Positions 39,005 through 48,844 of a stretch of DNA of 64,000 nucleotides are shown here, piece by piece. The first letter of the stretch is position 1. Each line of letters opens with the position of its first letter. Position numbers and translations under genes: made by a program. Source of the DNA: Nitrosopumilus sp. (GTDB taxonomy: Archaea; Thermoproteota; Nitrososphaeria; Nitrososphaerales; Nitrosopumilaceae); NCBI GenBank assembly GCA_963667665.2, contig OY763927.2:896001-960000 (forward strand), read 5' to 3'. A model generated the notes under the pieces. It ran no database searches. It was not told where the DNA came from and saw nothing but the letters and a program-made list of their open reading frames with translations.

Positions 39005-39927
39005 CTTGAGAAGTAAGAGAATCAGATGAAATTCTTACATCGCTGATAACATAGCCTACTAAATCCATTCTTTTCATAATCATTTGAGATACATCAACGG
39101 CTTGTGTAATTCGTTTTCCTCTAGCTTTGATAGTAACTGTCTGTCTTGTTGAAAGTTGTGTTAAGGTTGCAGAAACATAAGTCATAATTGGTTTTGTTCC
39201 AACATAAATCACATCACGTTCTTCTAATTTTTTAGGAGAATCTGAAGTTTCACTAGTAGTTTCAGGTGTTGGTTCTGGTGTTGGTTCAGGTTCTGGTGTT
39301 GGTTCAGGTTCTGGTGTTGGTTCAGGTTCTGGTGTTGGTTCTGGTGTTGGTTCTGGTGTTGGTTCTGGTGTTGGTTCTGGTGTTGGTTCTGGTGTTGGTT
39401 CTGGTGTTGGTTCTGGTGTTGGTTCAGGTGTCTGGTGTTGGTTCTGGTGTTGGTTCTGGTGTTGGTTCTGGTGTTGGTTCTGGTGTTGGTTCTGGTGTTG
39501 GTTCTGGTGTTGGTTCTGGTGTTGGTTCTGGTTCTGGTGTTGGTTCAGGTTCTGGTGTTGGTTCAGGTTCTGGTGTTGGTTCTGGTGTTGGTTCTGGTGT
39601 TGGTTCTGGTGTTGGTTCAGGTTCTGGTGTTGGTTCAGGTTCTGGTGTTGGTTCAGGTTCTGGTGTTGGTTCTGGTGTTGGTTCTGGTGTTGGTTCAGGT
39701 TCTGGTGTTGGTTCAGGTTCTGGTGTTGGTTCAGGTTCTGGTGTTGGTTCTGGTGTTGGTTCTGGTGTTGGTTCAGGTTCTGGTGTTGGTTCTGGTGTTG
39801 GTTCAGGTTCTGGTGTTGGTTCTGGTGTTGGTTCAGGTTCTGGTGTTGGTTTAGGTTCTGGTTTAGTTCGAGAATCAAATTCTGATAAAATATCTTCTGC
39901 GTCTTTTGATTTTTTAGAGTCACTCAA
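38952..39927 (-). CDS. alba: Alba-family DNA/RNA-binding protein with long N-terminal (PEPT)n tract; frameshift near 39430
   Basis: C-terminal '[33 protein letters not shown]'; N-terminal half in ORF 39424-39927. Confidence 0.8.
39262..39862. repeat. 12/18-bp tandem repeat array (ggttctggtgtt / ggttcaggttctggtgtt) encoding [10 protein letters not shown]
   Basis: Read directly. Confidence 0.95.
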
Positions 39928-39967
39928 TTTTAATACCTTTTATAACAAAACATTCTCTGGCTTTTAT

Positions 39968-40216
39968 TTAATTTTTGAGATTTTCCCCTTGGACATAATC
40001 TTCAAATAATTTTTCAAGTTCATCGTCATTATCACATTTTCTAATTTTCTCGACTAAATCTTCTTGCTCAATTTCATAACAATTCATGACATCTTGGGAA
40101 TCTTTGAAAACCAAAAATGCCTTATTTTTAAATATACAATGATATAGTTTTTCTTTTTCCATTTTTTCAGGTTTTAAATTTACACCATTTTCATCAGCAG
40201 ACACAGGATAATCCAT
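39968..40216 (-). CDS. Hypothetical protein
   Basis: 82-aa ORF with ATG and an upstream TATA-like box. Confidence 0.65.
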   Translation of the reverse strand: MDYPVSADENGVNLKPEKMEKEKLYHCIFKNKAFLVFKDSQDVMNCYEIEQEDLVEKIRKCDNDDELEKLFEDYVQGENLKN

Positions 40217-40288
40217 GAAAAGAGTGAATCTGTTTAGTATTTAGATGAATACACAATATAGTAATAATCAAAAGAGATTAGAAGAATA

Positions 40289-41383
40289 TTGGAAACAAGA
40301 GTAGTTTTCCACATAGATTTTGATTATTTCTATGCTCAATGTGAAGAGATCAGATTACCAGAACTAAAATCAAAGCCAGTATGTGTTTGTGTATATTCGG
40401 ATAGAGGAGGAGATAGTGGAGCTATTGCTACAGCAAATTATACAGCAAGGAAATATGGAGTAAAGTCAGGAATACCAATAATCTTTGCGAAAAAAAGGCT
40501 AGAGGAAAGGAAAGATGCAGTGTTTTTACCTGTAGATTTTGATTATTATTTTGAAATGTCAGAAAAGGCAATGAAAATTATGGAAAGTGATGCAGATATT
40601 TTTGAATATGTAGGAAAAGACGAAGCATATTTGGATGTAACAAAAAGAGTGGAGGGGGATTATAAAAAAGCTAGTCATCTTGCACAACAAATTAAAAATT
40701 CAATTAGAGATCAAGTAAAACTTAGTTGTTCAATAGGAATTTCACCAAACAAGTTAATTTCAAAAATAGCATCAGACTTTCAGAAACCTGATGGTCTTAC
40801 TATTGTATCTCCAGAGAAAATTAATGAATTCTTAGAACCATTAGAAATCAGAGTAATACCAGGTATTGGAAAAAAGACAGAGAATAAATTTTCAGAAATG
40901 AATCTAAAAACAATTCAAGATTTAAAAAAATTAGATGTTTTTTCTTTGAATAAAGAATTTGGAAGAAAAAATGGGACGTATATCTATAATGCAGTTAGAG
41001 GAATTAACAATGAACCTGTAAAAGAAAGAGAAGCAAGAATACAATACAGTAAAATCACAACATTGAAAAAAGATTCAAAAGATTATCAGTTTCTATCTGA
41101 AAACATTATTGAATTATGTAAAGAAGTTCATGATGTTGTTATAAAAAATAATAGAATGTTCAAATCAATTGGCATACATTTTGTTCAGTCAGATTTATCA
41201 AATAAATCTAAATCAAGAATGCTAAGAAGTCCAACTGCAAATCTGGATGAATTGCAAAAAAATGCCATTCAATTACTAAAAGAAGCACTAGAAAACCAAA
41301 CAATCACAATTAGAAGGTTGGGTGTTAAAGTTACAGAGCTCTCAGAAGTTCAAGGACAAAGCGACATTACTCATTATTTCTAG
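40289..41383 (+). CDS. dinB: Y-family DNA polymerase IV
   Basis: HIDFDYFYAQCE, ANYTARKYGVKSG, DEAYLD, KIASDFQKPDG. Confidence 0.93.
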   Translation: METRVVFHIDFDYFYAQCEEIRLPELKSKPVCVCVYSDRGGDSGAIATANYTARKYGVKSGIPIIFAKKRLEERKDAVFLPVDFDYYFEMSEKAMKIMESDADIFEYVGKDEAYLDVTKRVEGDYKKASHLAQQIKNSIRDQVKLSCSIGISPNKLISKIASDFQKPDGLTIVSPEKINEFLEPLEIRVIPGIGKKTENKFSEMNLKTIQDLKKLDVFSLNKEFGRKNGTYIYNAVRGINNEPVKEREARIQYSKITTLKKDSKDYQFLSENIIELCKEVHDVVIKNNRMFKSIGIHFVQSDLSNKSKSRMLRSPTANLDELQKNAIQLLKEALENQTITIRRLGVKVTELSEVQGQSDITHYF

Positions 41384-42314
41384 AAGGTGCATTACCTTTA
41401 GATTCTAGCTTTTTTAGACGTCTCGATTCTATTAGTATAACAACTAGGATGAACCCAAATAGCCACGGTAAAAACATAATTTCACCGGCAATTTGATGAA
41501 ATTCTTCCCATGCGGTAGGATCTGTAGTAACTTTCAGGGCATACCAAGACAACGAGAAAATTCGGATTAAATTAACAATGATTGTGCCAATAATTCCTAA
41601 AACAAAATACATAGCTTTTCGGTTTCTAGGTATGTTCAATTTTAACATGAATGCACCAATTACTAAAGAGAAAATTATAATACTATGAACCCCTGCAGAT
41701 GGCCAAAACACTTGAAGAGCTATTGAACCATGATCACCACGTAAGAACATTACATTATCTTTAGCTACAGCAGTTCCAAGATCAAGTACTGTAATCAACC
41801 ATACATTTGCTTGAATAAAGTAAGGAACAACATATTGTAATGGACCAAGAGTGTCATATGGAAAAAATGCATCAAGCGAAAGTATTATTGCAGTTCCAGT
41901 TAGAAAGATAGGTCCTGCAGGTGCAATCCTAATCCATCGTTTTCCAAAGAAGATAGACAATGCTGCAACGATGAAAATTGCCATAACAACAAAGTCCCAC
42001 ATCCATGTCCAAGAATAAATTAATTGTACACCAAATTGTTCTGCAGATTCAATAATGTAATCTCTTAATCCATATTCTAATGAAATTAGATATGAAATGG
42101 TAACAAGTGCCATAGGAATTACTGCAAGTAAACGTTTTTTTGAAATGACAATTTTGAGTCCAATAAGTTCAGCTACCACAAAAACAAGTGCAAAAAGATA
42201 GCCCCCTCTTCCTTCATTCCAACTCCAAGATATTGAATCTGGAAATGCGATCATTGCAAAAAGAATAGGACTGGAAATAATCAAAATTCCAAAAATGAGA
42301 TTCTTATTCTGCAT
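41367..42314 (-). CDS. Archaeosortase/exosortase-family membrane protein (thaumarchaeosortase-like)
   Basis: Multi-TM; WNEGRGG, VFWPSAGVHS, NLIRI, FHQIAGE. Confidence 0.75.
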   Translation of the reverse strand: MQNKNLIFGILIISSPILFAMIAFPDSISWSWNEGRGGYLFALVFVVAELIGLKIVISKKRLLAVIPMALVTISYLISLEYGLRDYIIESAEQFGVQLIYSWTWMWDFVVMAIFIVAALSIFFGKRWIRIAPAGPIFLTGTAIILSLDAFFPYDTLGPLQYVVPYFIQANVWLITVLDLGTAVAKDNVMFLRGDHGSIALQVFWPSAGVHSIIIFSLVIGAFMLKLNIPRNRKAMYFVLGIIGTIIVNLIRIFSLSWYALKVTTDPTAWEEFHQIAGEIMFLPWLFGFILVVILIESRRLKKLESKGNAPSRNNE

Positions 42315-42558
42315 TATGTTTAACCTAAAAAATGGTAAATAAATATCTCAACTTTTCAAGGTTTGAAAATTCATCAGATTGAATAAATTTGGAAAAAGAT
42401 GCTAATCTTCTGCATCTTCTAATTCATCAGCGTCAGGATCTCTCCTACTAGGTCTAATTGGAACATAAATTACTGTCACAATAACAGTTCAAAAGACTTT
42501 AAGATACACTCCAAGGTTGCAAAAGTTTGTCTAATTGGTAATTTCTAATACATCAAAG

Positions 42559-43038
42559 TTAAGAATTTAGATTACATTCAACTTTGAGTGATTTTATTGT
42601 TGTAAAATATGTGACAATTAGAATTGCAATAGCAATTATTCTAATTGGGATCTCGTAATTAGTTAGAAATGCAGTAGCAGTAGCCCCAACAGAACCAAAT
42701 GTAGAGATTACTGCAAATCCAATCTGTCCACAGCTACATGCACCTGCGGCAGTTCCAATAATTGAACCAAGAATTCCTCCACCCATTTTTTGTTTTGAAC
42801 TTTTGAGGATATTTATTCGGAATATATTCATTGGAATGACCAGTGCAGACAATGCTGAAAGTATTACAATAAGGACAAAACCTAATTCACTTCCAGAAGG
42901 AAGATGTGCAACAACATAAGGTTCTAAAAAGATATACTCTGACAATATCAATAAACCAATAGTCATCAATACAAAAATTCCAGATGCTAAAAGAAAATAT
43001 TTTGGATTAGAATATACAAGTTTGATTGGGCGTACCAT
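42559..43038 (-). CDS. Membrane protein with CSC motif, DsbA neighbour
   Basis: Four TM segments, GACSCG. Confidence 0.65.
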   Translation of the reverse strand: MVRPIKLVYSNPKYFLLASGIFVLMTIGLLILSEYIFLEPYVVAHLPSGSELGFVLIVILSALSALVIPMNIFRINILKSSKQKMGGGILGSIIGTAAGACSCGQIGFAVISTFGSVGATATAFLTNYEIPIRIIAIAILIVTYFTTIKSLKVECNLNS

Positions 43039-43698
43039 TTAGATCATAGAATCCAAGATTTGCTTAAAGACTGAGAAGGGTTGTGCTCCGCCAATTTTTT
43101 GTTGTCCATCAGGACCCACAATGAAGAATCCAGGGGTTCCCCTTACACTATTATCTCTTGCTTGTTGTATATTATACTGTACACGCTTGGAATATTTTCC
43201 AGAATCAAGACAACTTTCAAACAGTTCCATATCAAGGTCTAAGCTATTTGCAAAAGCTTTGAGTCTTTCAGAATTTGCCCATCCATTATCTACATGTTCT
43301 TGAAAATTGTATAGAAGGTCGTGGTATTCCCAATACATTCCTTGGTCTTCAGCACAATAGGTTGCCATAGATGCAGGAATGGAATCTCTTCCCAAAAATG
43401 CCAAATCAACAAACACCAAATTTGCTTTTCCAGTATCAATATAATTTTGAACTATTGTTGGTTTTGTTGCATGAAACCATGCAAAACATTGTTCGCATTG
43501 ATAATCACCAAATTCTACAATAGTAATTGGAGCAAAAGGATCACCTAAAATCGGGGAACCCATAGCCGTAGAAATGGTACCATGAGTTCTCCCCATATCG
43601 AGATTTACTGTTTCTGATGGAGTTGATGAGTATGATGCGACTATTCCAACAACAATCGCTACAACAATGACGCCTAAAATTAGGCCTTTTTTGTTCAT
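43039..43698 (-). CDS. DsbA-family thioredoxin-fold oxidoreductase
   Basis: EFGDYQCEQC, GTPGFF. Confidence 0.88.
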   Translation of the reverse strand: MNKKGLILGVIVVAIVVGIVASYSSTPSETVNLDMGRTHGTISTAMGSPILGDPFAPITIVEFGDYQCEQCFAWFHATKPTIVQNYIDTGKANLVFVDLAFLGRDSIPASMATYCAEDQGMYWEYHDLLYNFQEHVDNGWANSERLKAFANSLDLDMELFESCLDSGKYSKRVQYNIQQARDNSVRGTPGFFIVGPDGQQKIGGAQPFSVFKQILDSMI

Positions 43699-43730
43699 AA
43701 TTTAAAACAGTAAAAATCGATTAAAAAAAC

Positions 43731-43928
43731 TTACTCCAAATTACGAGAAGAGTTTCTTTTAAACATATTTAGAAATTTTGCAATGACGGTATCAATTGGA
43801 CACACCTCACAAACAACTTTTGATGAATGACTATCAAGATGCTTTTCAAATTTTTCTCTGGATTCAAAAATTAAATCACATGTAACACAATAAACTTTTG
43901 TTACATTATTTTTTGATGGTTTATTCAC
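43731..43928 (-). CDS. C2H2 zinc-finger protein
   Basis: CVTC...FEKHLDSH. Confidence 0.65.
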   Translation of the reverse strand: MNKPSKNNVTKVYCVTCDLIFESREKFEKHLDSHSSKVVCEVCPIDTVIAKFLNMFKRNSSRNLE

Positions 43929-44013
43929 AATTATTTTGTGTAATTAGTGCTTATAAAGATCCTGTTGAAAACCAAATATACAAAATCATAATTTTCAGAA
44001 GTTCTAAATATTT

Positions 44014-44382
44014 TCAAAGATAATGTATTCGCATATGAACATTAAGTTCAACTTCATATCTTGTCACAAATCCACAATGGGTACATGAAAACATATCAGA
44101 TTGAGGGGCAGCATCTCGTTCTATTATCTTACCAGAGATTGCTTTGATACTTATTGTATCATTATTAGAAATTACAGCAAAATTTGAACCCTCACCAATT
44201 GAGTTCAGGAATTCCTTGATGGATGTGACAACTAAATTAGTATCAATGACTTCATCATCATCAAAAGTAGATAGAGTAAATTGGTGATGTTTTAGAGTAG
44301 GGATAGCTGCAACTTCATCTGACACATAAACAAGTAATTCATTTTTTATCGATAAAACTTCCTTGCAATCAATTGTAATCAT
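44014..44382 (-). CDS. Protein with C-terminal C2H2 zinc finger
   Basis: CTHCGF...HMRIH. Confidence 0.75.
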   Translation of the reverse strand: MITIDCKEVLSIKNELLVYVSDEVAAIPTLKHHQFTLSTFDDDEVIDTNLVVTSIKEFLNSIGEGSNFAVISNNDTISIKAISGKIIERDAAPQSDMFSCTHCGFVTRYEVELNVHMRIHYL

Positions 44383-44464
44383 GAAAATTCATGGTCAAAT
44401 CGCTATTTTAGTTTAACAATGAGTTGAAAATGATTATTATGGTTAGATATAGAAACTTCGGTAT

Positions 44465-44851
44465 ATGGGAATTTCAGAAACTTTTGGTGTTGAGAAAGGT
44501 CATGGAGAAGAAGTCATCACATGGCTAAATGAGAAAGCAGAATCCCAAGGCAGTAAACTTGAAGCAAGATTATACGGTTATGACATCTCTACTGAAAATT
44601 TTGGAGATTTTGAAATGTTTTCATGGATGGGTGATGTACAAATTGCAAGAAAATTGATCATTAAAGCAAGTAAAAGATTCAAGATAAAAATTATTGAAGG
44701 AGGATACAAACCAAAAGAAAAAATATTTAGAATGAAAAAATTAGATTTTGCAAAAGTCAAAAAAGGTGATAAAACAATAGGACAGTTAGAATTTACAGTA
44801 TCAAGATTTAGAAATAAACAATGGGAAATTCAAAATGAAGAACGTCATTAA
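44465..44851 (+). CDS. Hypothetical protein
   Basis: 128-aa ORF in an operon with the following dehydrogenase. Confidence 0.7.
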   Translation: MGISETFGVEKGHGEEVITWLNEKAESQGSKLEARLYGYDISTENFGDFEMFSWMGDVQIARKLIIKASKRFKIKIIEGGYKPKEKIFRMKKLDFAKVKKGDKTIGQLEFTVSRFRNKQWEIQNEERH

Positions 44852-44863
44852 ACTAACAATTGT

Positions 44864-45757
44864 ATGGAATCAACAAAGATGATGAAAATAGGAATTATAG
44901 GACTTGGAATGTTAGGAAATGCAGTTGCCATACATTTACTAGATTCAGGTTTTGAAGTAACAGTATACAATAGGACAAAAGAAAAAACAACACAAGCAAA
45001 AGAAAAAGGTGCCAAAGTTGCCACATCACCAAAAGAAATTGCAGAGAACTCAGAATTAATTATTACAATAGTCAAGGATGCAAATGCAGTAAAAGAAATC
45101 TCTTTTAAAAAAGATGGAATTGTTGAAGGAAGTCATGCAAAATTAATTGTGGCAGATATGAGTACTATTGATCCTTCAGAATCTAAAAATATCACAAAAA
45201 AATTTCTAGAGTATGATATCCATAAATTAGACATACCAGTAATGGGAGGTCCAAATGTCGCCATAACAGGTAATTTAGTTATGATGGCATCAGGGAACAA
45301 AGAAATCTTTGATTATTGTAAAAAGATCTTTGAAAAGATTGCAAACAAAGTATTTTTTCTAGGAGAAAGTGGAGTTGCTAATTCTATCAAACTAGCCATG
45401 AATTTACAAATAACCATGCTTGCACTTTCATTATCTGAAGGAATTACTCTTGTCAAAAATGCAAATGTAGACCCAAAAATTTTTCTTAAAATTTTAAACT
45501 CAACATATTTCAAAACAGGGATGAGTGAAAAAAAGGCATACAGGATGATTGATGGTAAATATGATACAACATTCACACTTGCCAATTTAAAAAAAGACAT
45601 CAGCACCATAACAAACGCTGCAAAATCTTTAGGAATTGAACTTCCAATGATTAAAAAAGCAGAAGAAGTGTATGAAAATGCAGTTAAAGACGGATTTGGA
45701 GACACAGATTACACTGGAATTATTGAATACATCGAGAAAATTAACGATTCCAAATAA
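44864..45757 (+). CDS. 3-hydroxyisobutyrate dehydrogenase-family NAD(P) oxidoreductase
   Basis: IGLGMLG, YNRT, DMSTI, DIPVMGG, KLAMN. Confidence 0.88.
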   Translation: MESTKMMKIGIIGLGMLGNAVAIHLLDSGFEVTVYNRTKEKTTQAKEKGAKVATSPKEIAENSELIITIVKDANAVKEISFKKDGIVEGSHAKLIVADMSTIDPSESKNITKKFLEYDIHKLDIPVMGGPNVAITGNLVMMASGNKEIFDYCKKIFEKIANKVFFLGESGVANSIKLAMNLQITMLALSLSEGITLVKNANVDPKIFLKILNSTYFKTGMSEKKAYRMIDGKYDTTFTLANLKKDISTITNAAKSLGIELPMIKKAEEVYENAVKDGFGDTDYTGIIEYIEKINDSK

Positions 45758-45818
45758 AATCAAATTTACGAATGAAACTAATCAAAAATTCTATAAGTTA
45801 TGACAATAATATGATTTC

Positions 45819-46580
45819 ATGCGATTATCTGACAAAGTTGCAATTGTTACAGGAGCATCAAGTGACATAGGTAAAGGAATTGTAAAGAGATTTGCAGAAG
45901 AAGGTGCCAAAGTTGTCCTAATTGCAAGAAATCTAGAAGGATTAGAAAAAACCAGAAAAGAGATTGGAAACAAAGAAACAACGGTATCAATAACATGTGA
46001 TTTGACTGATGAGTCACAGGTATTGCAAGCTGTAAATCAAATTATGGACACATATGGTAAAATCGACATTTTAGTAAATAGTGCAGGTGCAATTAATGAT
46101 CCTGTACATTTTCACAAGATGCAAGATTCAGAAATTAAAAAACTCATAGACATAAACTTGTTAGGTGCATTTCACATGACAAAGGCTGTTCTTTCAAAAA
46201 TGTCAGATGTCAAAAGTGGTGCAATTGTAAATATTGGTTCTATTTCAAGTGAAAGAGCAATCCCACGAGTTCATCTGGCAGTATATTCTGCTACAAAAGC
46301 AGCAATTTCGATGTTTACAAAATCAATCGCAGTAGAATATGCAAGAAAAAACATCAGATGTAATTGTGTTAATCCAGGAATTATTAATTCAGGAATGATA
46401 AAGCCATATCTTGATGATCCTCAAGCAAGAAAAGTTCTGGAAGAAAGATTACCGCTGGCCAGAATAGGAGAGCCACTAGATGTTGCAAATGCAGCACTTT
46501 ATTTAGCGTCAGACGAGTCAAATTGGGTCACAGGAATAATTCTAAATGTTGATGGCGGTAAAACAGCTTCAGAAGGATAA
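45819..46580 (+). CDS. Short-chain dehydrogenase/reductase
   Basis: [19 protein letters not shown]. Confidence 0.92.
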   Translation: MRLSDKVAIVTGASSDIGKGIVKRFAEEGAKVVLIARNLEGLEKTRKEIGNKETTVSITCDLTDESQVLQAVNQIMDTYGKIDILVNSAGAINDPVHFHKMQDSEIKKLIDINLLGAFHMTKAVLSKMSDVKSGAIVNIGSISSERAIPRVHLAVYSATKAAISMFTKSIAVEYARKNIRCNCVNPGIINSGMIKPYLDDPQARKVLEERLPLARIGEPLDVANAALYLASDESNWVTGIILNVDGGKTASEG

Positions 46581-47150
46581 TCATTTTAAAAGTAATGTTT
46601 TTGCAAGTAGTTGAGACACACGTATAGGTTCTGGAATAGAACCATGCAATGTTAATTCATCTAAAAGATGAGTTACATCACTTAATGTACAACCTTCTTT
46701 TCTAACAAAAACATCATGAGACGTACTTAGAGTAATTTTTTCTCGTTTACCTAATTTTCTATATGCAGAAATTTTTGATTCAAATGAATTTGGAAAATGA
46801 TGTTTAAGTGCAGATTCAATCCCCAAAGAATCATTGTAAGATATTCCAATTATTGGAATTTTAAGTGAATCATATAATTTTTTAATATTTATTATATTAT
46901 ACATAGATACTATCAAACCAGAAATCAAAACATAACTAATATCTGGTCTCTGAAGTTCATCATACATCTTCAAGATTGTATCTGTTGCATCATCACCCTC
47001 TAATGTTGCACTACCAAAAACAAACCCGTCAATGATAAAATCTCGCCGCATTACAATTCCAGAAAAAACTGATTTTTGAGAATTTGGTCTGAAGCTTTCA
47101 GCAATTGCAAGCCCACGTAACCCCTTTTTTTCAAGATGAAGCGATCTCAT
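46581..47150 (-). CDS. DUF99 (endonuclease V-like) family protein
   Basis: GDDATD, IPEPIR motifs. Confidence 0.75.
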   Translation of the reverse strand: MRSLHLEKKGLRGLAIAESFRPNSQKSVFSGIVMRRDFIIDGFVFGSATLEGDDATDTILKMYDELQRPDISYVLISGLIVSMYNIINIKKLYDSLKIPIIGISYNDSLGIESALKHHFPNSFESKISAYRKLGKREKITLSTSHDVFVRKEGCTLSDVTHLLDELTLHGSIPEPIRVSQLLAKTLLLK

Positions 47151-47256
47151 GATTCTTTTTCCTCAAATACACACGATAACTCAGTCCAGTAATTATCATA
47201 ACGATTCCAGTAACTACAGACCACATTAGAAAAGATGTGATTTCAGATTCATCCAT
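47131..47256 (-). CDS. 41-aa single-TM protein (MDESEITSFLMWSVVTGIVMIITGLSYRVYLRKK...)
   Basis: Manual translation; below the ORF-track length cutoff. Confidence 0.5.
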   Translation of the reverse strand: MDESEITSFLMWSVVTGIVMIITGLSYRVYLRKKNHEIASS

Positions 47257-47350
47257 AATGAATAATGAATTCCTAAACATCTAAAGTTTCGGTTCAAAAA
47301 TACTTTGAATGTAGAATTTTCAGGAGAAAACCTGAAACATCTAAATAGAT

Positions 47351-47578
47351 TTGATACAGATTGATTTTATGCCTGAAATCATATGCCCCGATTGTGGAAA
47401 ACGCATATTTCATGAAAATGAAACTACATTAAAGATAGAAGAAACAATTCATTCAAAATTCTGTAGAAAAAAAGAAGGAGAAACTCACAGTTACATGCAC
47501 AGAGACCCCGCACATATGCAAACTTTTGATGTAGAAAGAGAAAACGATATGGCAGGTACAGCTATTTTAAAAAAATAA
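47351..47578 (+). CDS. Small zinc-binding protein
   Basis: CPDCG...HSKFC. Confidence 0.6.
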   Translation: MIQIDFMPEIICPDCGKRIFHENETTLKIEETIHSKFCRKKEGETHSYMHRDPAHMQTFDVERENDMAGTAILKK

Positions 47579-47629
47579 TCCCCATAACACCCCTCAAAAT
47601 TATATCCTAGGTCTGCTGATTCAAGTCAA

Positions 47630-48844
47630 TTGTCAGAAGAACATTATTATGATTTAGTAGTTGTAGGTGGAGGTCCAGCAGGTTCATCTGCAGCATTTGC
47701 AGCTGCAAAAAATGGAATTAAAGTGGCACTGCTTGAAAAAGAAAATTCAATTGCAGAGACAGTTAGAACAAGTGGTGTAACATGGATTCAAAGTATCAAA
47801 GAATTTGGAATTCCAGATGATTGTTTTAATCCAATTAGAAATTTTTCATTTTGTTCACCAAATAATGAAATCACGATCAGTGACTCAATTCCAAGAGCTG
47901 CAGTATTAGATGTAAGAAAAACATACAGGTGGTTAGCAAATGAAGCAAAGAAAGCTGGTGCAGATATTTTTATTAAAATTAATGTTAACGAAGTAATCAA
48001 AAATGACAAAGGAGACATCATTGGAATAAGAGGGAGTGGGCCTAATGGAAAGATAACATTTCATGCCAAAGTGGTAATTGATGCAAGTGGATTCCAATCT
48101 ACTGTTTGTAAAGCAATGGGTTTTGTTACTCAATGGAAAAGATTTGGAGCAGGAGCAGAGTATGAAGTGGAAGTAGAGAATGTAGATGCGGAAACATGGT
48201 GGTTAATGGTTGGACAACAATATTCTCCTGCAGGATATGCATGGATTTTTCCATTAGGGAATAATATTGTAAGAATTGGTGTAGGAATAGGGAAACCAGA
48301 ATCAAACGTAGATCCTACTCAAAGACTAGAAGAATTAATGAAATCAAAATTAGGTCCAATTAAAAAACTAGGGAAAATTACACCAATAGAATTTCACTAT
48401 GGACTAATTCCTAATGATGGATTATCAAGAAAAACAGTCTTTAACAATTTGATACTTGTTGGAGATTCAGCTGGACAAGCAAACCCACTAGTTTTAGAAG
48501 GAATCAGATACGCAATAAAATTTGGAAGAGTAGCAGGAAAAGTGTCATCAAATGCCATAAAAACTGGAAAGACAGATGAATCTGAACTTTATCCATACGA
48601 AGAAAACTGGAGAAAAGAGATTGAATCAAAAATTAACTCTGCAGGAAAAGTTCAGGACAGATGGATTGGATTATCAGATGAAGAATGGGATAAAGAATTA
48701 GATATCATCAAAGAATTAAAAGCTGAAGAATTTATTGATTTTATAAAAGCTGATTTTGGATTATCAAACATGATTAAACTGGCAACACGTCATCCAAAAC
48801 TTGCTGTAAGACAACTTTTTAGTTTAGTGAAGGGAAAAAAATAA
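47630..48844 (+). CDS. Geranylgeranyl reductase-family FAD oxidoreductase
   Basis: GGGPAG, IDASG, GYAWIFP, VGDSAG..NPL..EGI. Confidence 0.88.
   Translation: MSEEHYYDLVVVGGGPAGSSAAFAAAKNGIKVALLEKENSIAETVRTSGVTWIQSIKEFGIPDDCFNPIRNFSFCSPNNEITISDSIPRAAVLDVRKTYRWLANEAKKAGADIFIKINVNEVIKNDKGDIIGIRGSGPNGKITFHAKVVIDASGFQSTVCKAMGFVTQWKRFGAGAEYEVEVENVDAETWWLMVGQQYSPAGYAWIFPLGNNIVRIGVGIGKPESNVDPTQRLEELMKSKLGPIKKLGKITPIEFHYGLIPNDGLSRKTVFNNLILVGDSAGQANPLVLEGIRYAIKFGRVAGKVSSNAIKTGKTDESELYPYEENWRKEIESKINSAGKVQDRWIGLSDEEWDKELDIIKELKAEEFIDFIKADFGLSNMIKLATRHPKLAVRQLFSLVKGKK

Noticed and set aside
39266-40009. Poly-VL / GSGV plus-strand ORFs and the QHQN-repeat frame
   Set aside because: Alternative-frame translations of the PEPT repeat, not real proteins
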